Below are positions 56,900-64,000 of a DNA stretch of 64,000 bases, one piece after another. The position numbers and the translations under genes are program-made. Each line of letters begins with the position of its first letter. The first letter of the stretch is position 1. Source of the DNA: an uncultured Clostridia bacterium (lineage in GTDB: Bacteria > Bacillota > Clostridia > Christensenellales > CAAEEZ01); NCBI GenBank assembly GCA_934365195.1, contig CAKRNA010000001.1, forward strand, positions 95,301 through 159,300, given 5' to 3'. The notes below the pieces were generated by a model. The model had not been told where the DNA came from. It worked only from the letters and a program-made list of their open reading frames with translations, and did not search any database.

Positions 56900-56955
56900 A
56901 GTTGAATATCCGTTCAACTAATATTATTATAATTGAACACTTATTCAACTGTCAA
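56900..56955 (-). promoter_or_regulatory. Consensus promoter with two ArsR/SmtB-type inverted-repeat operators
   Basis: Minus strand reads TTGACA (56955-56950), 18-nt spacer, TATAAT (56931-56926). IR2 TTGAA-CACTTA-TTCAA (56933-56948) sits in the spacer. IR1 AGTTGAA-TATCCG-TTCAACT (56900-56919) sits between the -10 and the RBS. Confidence 0.6.
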
Positions 56956-57054
56956 GGCTTTTTTGCAAAAATTTTCTTAGTTTTTATAAATTTATTTTTT
57001 TGCGAATTTACTACGTAATATGATTTTATATATATAATTAAATAAAATTTTCCA

Positions 57055-57159
57055 AAATCTATCCTAAATTGCTCTTTTAGTACTATTATGCCGTTTTTAT
57101 ATTGATATTTTATGTTGCTAGTATATCCTAAATCTATGCTAAATTATGCTTTTAGTACT
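57055..57159. repeat. Imperfect 30-bp direct repeat (75-bp period) inside an AT-rich 390-bp spacer
   Basis: 57055-57084 and 57130-57159 are identical at 26 of 30 positions. The sub-motif TAT(C/G)CTAAAT occurs at 57060, 57124 and 57135. Confidence 0.6.
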
Positions 57160-57344
57160 TTTTACTGCTTATGCTAGTTGTCCTCAATATTATTTATATT
57201 GCTACCGACTGTATTGTAATGTGTTCTCTTTCTCCTGCTTACCTGTATTATTAAGTACCTTTCTGCACCGGTTAAACAACTTCTCGGTAAACCTCAATTA
57301 TATTTTAATATTCGCCTTAAAATCGCTTTACCAAACCTTCAAGG

Positions 57345-57701
57345 TTATTTATGTTTTACGTGCACTAGCGTTTCGGTTATAATATCCGACACGTGCCCAT
57401 CGTCCACAGAGTAAAACACCTCTTTACCACGCCTTTCGCTGCGCACCAAACGAGCCTCTTTAAGTACGGCAAGTTGGTGAGATATGGCGGACTTTGTCAT
57501 ATTTAATACCGCCGAGATATCGCACACGCACATTTCCCCTTCAAGCAGCGTGAACATAATATTCATTCTGGTTTGGTCGCCCAGCATCTTAAAAATTCTG
57601 GCCACTTTGTTTTTGTCCTCTTGGCTTGGCATATTCCCTGTTGCGTTTTTTACCGCCTCGTCGTGAATAACGTTGCAATCGCATATATTATTGTTTTTCA
57701 T
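57345..57701 (-). CDS. ArsR/SmtB-family metalloregulator, CadC-like
   Basis: 118 aa with an N-terminal 'CDC', 'MCVCDIS' in helix alpha-3, 'SAISHQLAVLKEARLV' as the recognition helix, and C-terminal 'DDGHVSDIITETLVHVKH' (alpha-5-type ligands). Confidence 0.8.
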   Translation of the reverse strand: MKNNNICDCNVIHDEAVKNATGNMPSQEDKNKVARIFKMLGDQTRMNIMFTLLEGEMCVCDISAVLNMTKSAISHQLAVLKEARLVRSERRGKEVFYSVDDGHVSDIITETLVHVKHK

Positions 57702-57718
57702 AATTACCTCTTACTACT

Positions 57719-57747
57719 ATTATAATTTGCCGCACGGTGCTTGTCAA
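57719..57747 (-). promoter_or_regulatory. Consensus sigma-70-type promoter of the ArsR-family gene
   Basis: Minus strand reads TTGACA (57747-57742), 17-nt spacer, TATAAT (57724-57719). No TTGAA-N6-TTCAA repeat nearby. Confidence 0.55.
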
Positions 57748-57767
57748 TAAAGAAAAAAACCTTAAAA

Positions 57768-58361
57768 TTAAGGTTTTCTCATATAATATCCCATTACTTT
57801 ATCCCAGTAAGGAAGCGGCGCTTCGTCTAATAGGTCAAAGCCTTTTGCAAGGTAAATTTCCTTGTTTCTGACAGTATGCGTTTCAAGGTAAACGTGACCA
57901 TCATCACAAAACTGCTCAAATATTTTTCTTAGTGCGCCCTTGCCCCTTTCCTCTTTTGCAACAACCACTAGGCTTAGATAATCGTCCTTTTCGCCCATAA
58001 GTTCTTTGGAGTGTTCCTCGGCGTAAGTTGCGTAAGTATAGCCACGCTTTAAAGCCTTTATTCCCACCTTGCAAAATAGCGTAACCACTAGCGTTGGTGC
58101 GTACTTATACACGTACTTTTCGTTTTTGCTTTTGCCGTTTGGAATATACACTATCGATACGGTGTGCTCGTCGTTTGTGTATAGGTAATCTTTGGAGCGT
58201 AGTAAATCATATTTATAGATATAGTACAGCGATTTTAATCTTTTTTTCTCGGATTGCTCCGCCAAAATATAATCGGTATAAAGCGCATACTCGCTAAAAC
58301 AAGACGCATATAACTTAGCCAAATCCTCGATTTCGTCCAGCCTTGCTTTTCTTAAATACAT
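57768..58361 (-). CDS. GNAT-family N-acetyltransferase
   Basis: 197 aa with 'VVVAKEERGKGALRKIF', resembling the GNAT motif A (Q/RxxGxG/A). Confidence 0.65.
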   Translation of the reverse strand: MYLRKARLDEIEDLAKLYASCFSEYALYTDYILAEQSEKKRLKSLYYIYKYDLLRSKDYLYTNDEHTVSIVYIPNGKSKNEKYVYKYAPTLVVTLFCKVGIKALKRGYTYATYAEEHSKELMGEKDDYLSLVVVAKEERGKGALRKIFEQFCDDGHVYLETHTVRNKEIYLAKGFDLLDEAPLPYWDKVMGYYMRKP

Positions 58362-58426
58362 TTTTTCACCTCTCTACTTGTATCTTGAGGCATTCTACCA
58401 TATAAATATCTTTTTGGCTAGCATTT

Positions 58427-60943
58427 TTATAGTAAAGCCTCGTAGCCCTCGTCGTTGATGGCGTTTACTAGCACGCTTTTGTCGATTTGTTTATTTAATA
58501 CCACTTTTACTTCGCCGTTTTTACTGCTACTCTCGGCGCTTTCAACTCCGTCGATAGCGGTCAAAGCCTTGTTTACCCTTGCCTCACAATGCTGACACAT
58601 CATACCGTTTACTTTTATCGTCATTTCGATTTTATCCATATTATTCTCCTTTATTTCATTCAAATTTTTTACCTCGTTTTTATTGCCGTTTTTTGTGCTT
58701 ATTTCACAATTCTCCCCGCAAATTTCCCTTTTCACCTTAAAAAAGTTGATTGTAAGAGCGTTTGAAACAACGCATACGCTACTCAAACTCATAGCAAGCG
58801 CACCAATCATCGGCGTAAGTTTTATGCCCAGCGGATAGAAAATTCCCGTAGCAAAAAGTATGCCGATTACGTTGTAAAAGAACGCCCAGAACAAGTTGAC
58901 TTTGATATTCCCGATCACCCTTTTGCTCAGCCTAATCACGTTTGCCACGTCGCTTAAATCACTTCTTATTAGCACTATATCCGCCGAATCAATCGCAATA
59001 TCCGTGCCCTTTCCTATGGCAATTCCCACGTCGCTGGTAGTTAGTGCAAGTGCGTCGTTTACGCCGTCGCCAACCATTGCAACCACGCCGTTACTCTTTA
59101 ATTTTGTCACTACTTTTTCCTTGTCGGTAGGCATAACGCCGCTGATTACCTTGTCAATTCCCACCTCGCAGGCTATTTGTTTTGCCGTGATTTCGTTGTC
59201 GCCGGTAAGCATAACCACGTCTATTCCCATATTTTTTAGGGTTTTAACAGCCTCTTTGCTGGTTTGTTTAATCTTGTCCTTAACACTAATAACGCCAAGA
59301 ACTTCCTTTTTGCTAAACACGATTAGAGGCGTTGCGCCGCTACTTGCAATCTCGTTTACTTTTTTAGTAATATCACAAACTACGCCCACCTCTTCAAGCA
59401 TTTTCATATTGCCTATATAATAGGTTTCGCCCATTACGTCAGCCTGTACGCCCTTTCCTTCAACTGCCTCGTAATTATCCGCTTTAACTAGTTTTACGCC
59501 GTCCTTTTTAGCCCTTTCCACCACGGAAAAAGCAAGTGGGTGCTCGGACAAATTCTCGATAGCGTAGGCAATTTCCATAAGTGAATTTGTGTTTTTCGAT
59601 ATGCTGAACACCTCGTCCACAGTAGGTTTTCCCTCGGTTATCGTGCCCGTTTTATCAAGGATTACCGTCTTAATTTTGTGCGATAGTTCCAAACTTTCGC
59701 TAGACTTTATTAGCATTCCGTTTTCTGCGCCCTTTCCTGTTCCGACCATAATAGCAACGGGGGTAGCAAGCCCAAGTGCGCACGGGCAGGCAATCACCAG
59801 CACCGATACTGCCATCGTCATAGCAAGTTCCACGTTTTTAGTAAGGCTTATCCACACGATAAAAGTAAGTAGCGAAATGGCAAACACTACGGGCACAAAC
59901 ACGCCGCTCACCTTGTCTGCAAGCCTTGAAATAGGCGCTTTGGAGTTAGACGCCTCCTCAACCAGCCTAATAATATTAGATATAGTGCTGTCACCAGCCG
60001 TCTTTTCGGTTTTTATTTTAATATTACCGCTTTTTACCGTGGTAGATGCCAACACTTTGCCCCCTACGGTTTTATAAACGGGCATACTTTCGCCCGTAAT
60101 ATTTGCTTGGTCAATAGAGGCAGAGCCCTCGATTACCTCGCCGTCCACAGCAACGCAAGAACCTGCCTTGCAAATAACCACGTCTCCTACGATAACGTCC
60201 TCGATTTTCTTTTGTACTTCCTCTCCGTTTTCTATTACTATTGCCGTTTTAGGAGCAAGTTCCAGCATCTTTTTAATAGCGCTAGTAGTTTTGGACTTAG
60301 CCTTTGCCTCTAAGTACTTGCCCACCCTGACCAGCGTTACGATTGTTCCTGCGGACTCGAAATATAGGTCGGTGTGATACTTTGAAACAAGCGCCATATC
60401 CCCTACCGATAGCCCGTAACTCATTCTAAAAATCGCAAATACGCCGTATAGTAACGACACGCCTGCGCCAACGGAAATAAGGCTGTCCATATTAGGCTTA
60501 AACTTAATCAACCTTTTAAAGCCCACGGTGAAATAGTTGTAATTTATAATCAAAATAGGCAGCACCAACACAAATTGCAAAAATGCGTAAGTCACGGCAT
60601 TTTTCTCGCCCACCAAAAAACTCGGCAGAGGTGCGCCAAGCATGTGCCCCATCGAAACGTACAAAAGCGGAAGCAATAATACGACCGACCAAATAAGCCT
60701 AGCCCTTTCCTTTTTCATATCGTCGGTTTTTACTTTTTCGCCTATAACAAGGGTGTAGCCAACGTCTCTCACCGCTTTTTCTAGGTCAAGCGGCGTAATC
60801 TTTTTTTCGTCAAAGTCCACCGCCATCGTATTTGTAAGTAGGTTTACGCTCACGCTTTTAACACCAAGTTTTTTCACGGCGTTTTCCACGTGCGATTGAC
60901 ACGCTGCGCAAGTCATACCTTGAACAATATATTTTTCTTTCAT
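58427..60943 (-). CDS. copA: Copper-translocating P1B-1 ATPase with N- and C-terminal HMA domains
   Basis: 838 aa with an N-terminal 'GMTCAACQSHV'. 'ACPCALGLATP', 'DKTGTIT', 'FFYNVIGI' and 'AMSLSSVCVVSNAL' are Cu(I)-type TM motifs. A C-terminal extra HMA carries 'GMMCQHCEARV'. Confidence 0.9.
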   Translation of the reverse strand: MKEKYIVQGMTCAACQSHVENAVKKLGVKSVSVNLLTNTMAVDFDEKKITPLDLEKAVRDVGYTLVIGEKVKTDDMKKERARLIWSVVLLLPLLYVSMGHMLGAPLPSFLVGEKNAVTYAFLQFVLVLPILIINYNYFTVGFKRLIKFKPNMDSLISVGAGVSLLYGVFAIFRMSYGLSVGDMALVSKYHTDLYFESAGTIVTLVRVGKYLEAKAKSKTTSAIKKMLELAPKTAIVIENGEEVQKKIEDVIVGDVVICKAGSCVAVDGEVIEGSASIDQANITGESMPVYKTVGGKVLASTTVKSGNIKIKTEKTAGDSTISNIIRLVEEASNSKAPISRLADKVSGVFVPVVFAISLLTFIVWISLTKNVELAMTMAVSVLVIACPCALGLATPVAIMVGTGKGAENGMLIKSSESLELSHKIKTVILDKTGTITEGKPTVDEVFSISKNTNSLMEIAYAIENLSEHPLAFSVVERAKKDGVKLVKADNYEAVEGKGVQADVMGETYYIGNMKMLEEVGVVCDITKKVNEIASSGATPLIVFSKKEVLGVISVKDKIKQTSKEAVKTLKNMGIDVVMLTGDNEITAKQIACEVGIDKVISGVMPTDKEKVVTKLKSNGVVAMVGDGVNDALALTTSDVGIAIGKGTDIAIDSADIVLIRSDLSDVANVIRLSKRVIGNIKVNLFWAFFYNVIGILFATGIFYPLGIKLTPMIGALAMSLSSVCVVSNALTINFFKVKREICGENCEISTKNGNKNEVKNLNEIKENNMDKIEMTIKVNGMMCQHCEARVNKALTAIDGVESAESSSKNGEVKVVLNKQIDKSVLVNAINDEGYEALL

Positions 60944-60972
60944 TTATACCTCACCATATTTAGCATATGTTA

Positions 60973-61001
60973 ATTATAAAGTACTGCCGCTTTTATGTCA
61001 A
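60973..61001 (-). promoter_or_regulatory. Consensus sigma-70-type promoter of copA
   Basis: Minus strand reads TTGACA (61001-60996), 17-nt spacer, TATAAT (60978-60973). Confidence 0.55.
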
Positions 61002-61148
61002 TTTTTTTGTAATAATTTACCAAAAACGTCGTTATTTTACAAATAATGTATATCTTAATTATATTTTAATACAAAACTTTATATTTTTTGCAAAAAATAA
61101 CAAAACGTAATTTACAAAATTCACTTTTTTATTTACACTTAAGCCACT

Positions 61149-61985
61149 ATGAAAAAGATATTTATTTTGCTAATTACCTGTATTTTATGTTTTGCAGGCT
61201 GCTCGAACGTAGGCAGTAAGCCAACAAGTCCCCCGACAGAAAATAGCCCTAGTCCGCCGTTAGAGAGCGTTACTCCTAGCAAACCAAACTTACCAAATAA
61301 CTCGGGCGAAGACAAGCCTACCCTAGCGCCTACTCGTCCTATAAAGTATGACGAATTGTTGCAAATTCATACAACGAGCCTAATTTTGTTTACGGGCGAA
61401 AACCAGACCGGGAAGAAAGTAGGCACGGTGTACAAAAACGACCTGTTGCCTATTTTGGACGTGAAAAACGGGCATTACGTCAGCGTTTTTAACTACAATA
61501 CCGTGCTAATTCCAACCTATTTGAACGTGTCGGTTAAAAAGTTTGCACCTCAAAGCGACAAAGTGGAAAAAGTGATTAGTGAAGGCAAAAAACTAATAGG
61601 CGTGCCTTACGTGTACGGCGCTGAGCGTTACCATTGGGGAAACGGAATACTAAACCAAAAATTTTCAAAATATGCTTTCGACTGCTCCTCTTTCACGCAA
61701 TATGCCTTTTTTAAAGGTAGCGGCATTTTGCTTGACACCACCTCTAGAGCACAATCCGGGCAAGGCAAAACCGTGAGTAAAAACGCATTGCGTCGTGGCG
61801 ACCTGCTCTTTTTTACCACGCCAAGCCGAGCAAATTTATCGGGGACGGAAAAAATAGGGCACGTAGCAATCTACCTTGGCGATAATTACATATTGCACAC
61901 CGCATCGGACTACGCAATTATCGAGCCGATTTCAGCAAAAAGGTGGAATAGTTTCGTTACTGCAAAGCGTGTAATATTCGATTAA
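61149..61985 (+). CDS. NlpC/P60 (C40) cell-wall peptidase lipoprotein
   Basis: 278 aa with lipobox 'CFAGC' and a Pro-rich linker. 'FDCSSFTQYAF' (catalytic Cys) and 'GHVAIYLG' (His). Confidence 0.85.
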   Translation: MKKIFILLITCILCFAGCSNVGSKPTSPPTENSPSPPLESVTPSKPNLPNNSGEDKPTLAPTRPIKYDELLQIHTTSLILFTGENQTGKKVGTVYKNDLLPILDVKNGHYVSVFNYNTVLIPTYLNVSVKKFAPQSDKVEKVISEGKKLIGVPYVYGAERYHWGNGILNQKFSKYAFDCSSFTQYAFFKGSGILLDTTSRAQSGQGKTVSKNALRRGDLLFFTTPSRANLSGTEKIGHVAIYLGDNYILHTASDYAIIEPISAKRWNSFVTAKRVIFD

Positions 61986-62042
61986 ATCCTAACATATTTT
62001 TAATAGTAAGCGGCAACGCTTAAAGCATAATTTTCCCACCAT

Positions 62043-62072
62043 AAAAAAAGAGTTCGGTACAATACCGAACTC
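62043..62072 (-). terminator. Rho-independent terminator after the XRE gene
   Basis: GAGTTCGGTA-CAA-TACCGAACTC (10-bp stem) with an A7 run on the plus strand. Confidence 0.8.
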
Positions 62073-62096
62073 AATTTCAAATAAATTCATTTTTTG

Positions 62097-62116
62097 TCTA
62101 AACTTTTGAGGTGCAC
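62097..62116. repeat. Left copy of an imperfect inverted repeat flanking the XRE/SLOG cassette
   Basis: The reverse complement GTGCACCTCAAAAGTTTAGA matches ATGCACCCAAAAGTTTTACA (62992-63011) at about 17 positions with two 1-nt indels. Confidence 0.4.
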
Positions 62117-62142
62117 TTCAAATCCACGGCTTTTTTCTTTTG

Positions 62143-62388
62143 TTAATCGTATAATTCTAAATCTTCACTTTCAAATAGTGGATCGTTAAAAAATTCTGTC
62201 GGCGTCATATCCAAACCTTTAATTATTTGCATAACAGTACGTAAATTCACACTTTTATTTCTTTCGCTCATTAGCGTTTTCATAGTATTATGTGGCATCG
62301 CAATATTCTTTTCTAATCTATATTGCGACATATTCTTTTCTCTTAATATGTTACTAATTCTCATTGCTACTGCTGTACTTAGTTTCAT
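62143..62388 (-). CDS. XRE-family helix-turn-helix transcriptional regulator
   Basis: 81 aa. 'ISNILREKNMSQYRLEKNIAMPHNTMKTLM' is an HTH_3-like pattern. Confidence 0.75.
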   Translation of the reverse strand: MKLSTAVAMRISNILREKNMSQYRLEKNIAMPHNTMKTLMSERNKSVNLRTVMQIIKGLDMTPTEFFNDPLFESEDLELYD

Positions 62389-62476
62389 AATTACCTCAAC
62401 CTCTAAGGGTGTATTTACAACCTTAGTGTATCAAAGATAATTTTTAACATAAGGACATAATTACAACCCTAAAAAG

Positions 62477-62505
62477 TTGAAAAGCACAGCATTTTATGGT
62501 ATTAT
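62477..62505 (+). promoter_or_regulatory. Putative promoter of the SLOG-like gene, flanked by ACAACC repeats
   Basis: TTGAAA (62477-62482), 17-nt spacer, TATTAT (62500-62505). 'TTACAACC' occurs at 62414-62425 and 62459-62472, and 'ACAACC' at 62516-62521. Confidence 0.4.
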
Positions 62506-62543
62506 GGCTGTAAAAACAACCATAATATTATTTGGAGGCATTT

Positions 62544-62990
62544 ATGGTTATAACGTTCTTTGGACACGCTAAAAACACTTATATTAAAAACGACGAAGAA
62601 AGGTTATATAGGTTGATTGAAAAGGTTGCTGAAGGAAATATGGTAGACTTTTTTCTTGGTGGCTACGGGAATTTTGATAGCCTTGCTAAAAAGTGTGTGA
62701 AAAAGTACAAGGAAACGCATACGGACTCTAAAATGGTTTTTGTAACGCCGTACTTAAATAAATGGCTAGACGATAGAAAGGTATATATAGAAAAGGAATA
62801 CGACGAGGTGCTTTATCCGGAGTTAGAACAAACCCCGTTAAAATATGCCATTACAAAACGTAACGAATGGATGATAGAGCAGGCTGACTACATTATATTT
62901 TACGTTCAAAATCACTTTGGCGGAGCATATTCAGCCTTAATATATGCCGAAAAGATAAACAAACCATATACTAATTTATATTTAGGTTAA
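62544..62990 (+). CDS. SLOG-superfamily protein, YpsA/DUF1273-like
   Basis: Start at ATG 62544 (GGAGG RBS). 'FFLGGYGNFDSLAAK'-type Gly-rich loop and 'KRNEWMIEQADYIIFY', resembling B. subtilis YpsA 'QKNQFFIDKSDGLLLLY'. Confidence 0.5.
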   Translation: MVITFFGHAKNTYIKNDEERLYRLIEKVAEGNMVDFFLGGYGNFDSLAKKCVKKYKETHTDSKMVFVTPYLNKWLDDRKVYIEKEYDEVLYPELEQTPLKYAITKRNEWMIEQADYIIFYVQNHFGGAYSALIYAEKINKPYTNLYLG

Positions 62991-62991
62991 T

Positions 62992-63030
62992 ATGCACCCA
63001 AAAGTTTTACATTTTTGTTCAAACTTTTGG
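62992..63030. repeat. Right inverted-repeat copy, itself part of a 10-bp-stem hairpin
   Basis: CCAAAAGTTT (62998-63007), 13-nt loop, AAACTTTTGG (63021-63030). May simply be the terminator of the SLOG-like gene. Confidence 0.4.
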
Positions 63031-63287
63031 ATTCTCATCATTTCCCGAACTCTTTAAATTTTTGCTTTGTATTGCCACTTTTTTTATAATGTTATTAGCA
63101 TTTTTTAAATGGTGCTTTTTTAATTATTTTTGACGATATTTACCACTTTTGCTAGGTCAAAATTAAGCGATATTTTACTTACCGTAAACGCTTATCTTTG
63201 TTTATCGTAAAAATAATTATTAGCCGAATGCGGCTTATTACCTAGGTTTTTGATTTTTTAATCTAGTTTTACGTTAGCCGCTATTTG

Positions 63288-64000
63288 CTATTTATTATTT
63301 CTTTCTCTTTCCTGCTGCTCTTTTAGTTTTAACCTATAACAGTCGTTTTCTATCGAGCAACCGCCACACTTTGTACAGCCCTCTTGCTTGTTAAAATCAA
63401 GGTGATACTTAACAAGTATTTCACCCAGTTTTTCAGACATTTCTCTAAGGTCGCTAGGGGTACACAACGTCTCCTTTTTCTCGGTGCAATTATCAAGCGG
63501 ACGATACGGCATAATGGTTGGGAACACGCCCTTTTTAGCCATTTTTTCGCACTCGTCTATTATATCTTGTTTTGGCTGTAATCCACCTATCAGCACGCTG
63601 GAAACCTGCCCGTAACCAAACACTTTTACCGCCCTATCAAACGCTTTGTGGTAGTGCTCGTAACTAATGCTAGACTTACCCGGGCAAATCTCCCTTCTTA
63701 GTTCTTGGCTAGCAATTTCAAGGTTCATAATAGCAACGTCAAGCCCTGTTTTTTTAAGTTCGTCCAGTTTGGATAGGTCGCTTGGCGGCGCAAACTCAAT
63801 AGCGATTTTACAGTCCGAAAACTGCCTGATTTTCTTAACTAGGTCTATCCAGTAGTCCGCCATAATATCGGGCGACTTGTAGGTTGCACCCGAAAAGTTA
63901 AGCATACCGCCCTTGTTCGTTTCAAGCAAAATCTTTATGCTATTTGCTAATTTTTCGGTATCAATCGGTTCTTCCGTTTCCTTTACAATGGAGCAAAACT
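63288..64000 (-). CDS. Radical-SAM-superfamily protein, C-terminal part only (N-terminus beyond the window)
   Basis: The frame is open from 63288 to the window edge; codons upstream of the listed TTG start read ...FCSIVKETEEPIDTEKLANSIKI. TIM-barrel-like 'LDVAIMNLEIASQELRREICPGK' and C-terminal 'CTKCGGCSIENDC'. The CxxxCxxC motif itself is not in the window. Confidence 0.5.
   Translation of the reverse strand, partial: FCSIVKETEEPIDTEKLANSIKILLETNKGGMLNFSGATYKSPDIMADYWIDLVKKIRQFSDCKIAIEFAPPSDLSKLDELKKTGLDVAIMNLEIASQELRREICPGKSSISYEHYHKAFDRAVKVFGYGQVSSVLIGGLQPKQDIIDECEKMAKKGVFPTIMPYRPLDNCTEKKETLCTPSDLREMSEKLGEILVKYHLDFNKQEGCTKCGGCSIENDCYRLKLKEQQERERNNK

Noticed and set aside
57146-57382. 78-aa plus-strand ORF in the spacer downstream of the ArsR-family gene.
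   Set aside because: It has a Leu/Tyr/Cys/Phe-rich low-complexity translation, no RBS, and overlaps the 3' end of the ArsR-family gene in antisense.
54758-60377. Multiple 60-175-aa plus-strand ORFs inside the two P-type ATPase genes (for example 54758-55189, 55994-56302, 58896-59420, 59589-60077).
   Set aside because: They are antisense to strongly supported ATPase genes and have low-complexity S/T/I/P-rich translations. The same judgement applies to the antisense ORFs in dapB (32327-32803), the FAD oxidoreductase (11752-12222), the sulfatase (47698-48273) and the DUF6320/acyltransferase genes (21663-22719).
61038-61050. CopY-like 'cop box' upstream of copA (TACAAATAATGTA).
   Set aside because: The cop box is TACA-NN-TGTA. 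Here the half-sites are 5 nt apart and lie about 40 bp upstream of the -35. No CopY gene is present.
62982-63041. 19-codon Cys-containing minus-strand ORF (MMRIQKFEQKCKTFGCILT) downstream of the radical-SAM-like gene, considered as a RiPP precursor.
   Set aside because: It has no properly spaced RBS. It coincides exactly with the 10-bp-stem hairpin, overlaps the end of the convergent SLOG gene and lies about 250 nt from the enzyme gene. It is most likely a by-product of the hairpin sequence.
1-64000. I looked for CRISPR arrays, tRNA/rRNA genes, transposases, integrases, phage genes and known defence-system hallmarks (large ATPases or nucleases, reverse transcriptase, TIR, cyclases other than CdaA).
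   Set aside because: None were recognised by eye on either strand. The only repeats are the short ones reported. A tRNAscan/Infernal/defence-HMM run would be needed to exclude them formally.

Overview
This is a 64-kb chromosomal segment from a low-GC, Gram-positive-type anaerobe. It looks Bacillota/Clostridia-like by gene content (CdaA, ComEC-HolA, Hsp33, Fe-S L-serine dehydratase, anSME, a sensory [FeFe]-hydrogenase); that placement is inference, not a search result. I call about 57 protein genes. Roughly 80% are on the minus strand, packed into translationally coupled operons. There is one lysine riboswitch with its own terminator, plus several consensus sigma-70-like promoters and hairpin terminators. 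I saw no rRNA, tRNA, CRISPR array, transposase, integrase or phage genes.

Most of the window is core metabolism and housekeeping: lysC, asd-dapA-dapB, guaA, ppa, holA, hslO, sdaA and an aminotransferase. Small accessory patches are interspersed:
- A scattered host-glycan toolkit: an edge-truncated GH36/27-like hydrolase missing from the ORF track, GH20, a PIG-L deacetylase and a sulfatase operon.
- A metal-resistance cluster: copA, a GNAT, a CadC-like ArsR regulator, an HMA protein and a Zn/Cd ATPase.
- A small XRE/SLOG cassette.

I found no clear defence island or mobile element. The best candidates for undescribed biology are:
1. An apparently inactive M28-fold membrane protein with a (D/N)PF-repeat tail, together with a 5-TM protein, coupled to cdaA. 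cdaA is itself coupled to a DUF1015 gene and lysC.
2. A Ser-type formylglycine sulfatase fused to an LtaS-like five-helix membrane anchor, in an operon with anSME and an FGGY kinase behind a perfect palindromic operator.
3. An orphan HydS-like sensory hydrogenase and PP2C phosphatase pair with no visible target.
4. A coupled condensation-type acyltransferase and DUF6320 membrane protein pair.
5. Three uncharacterised genes welded to hslO.

All family calls were made by eye from motifs. No database search or computation was run.
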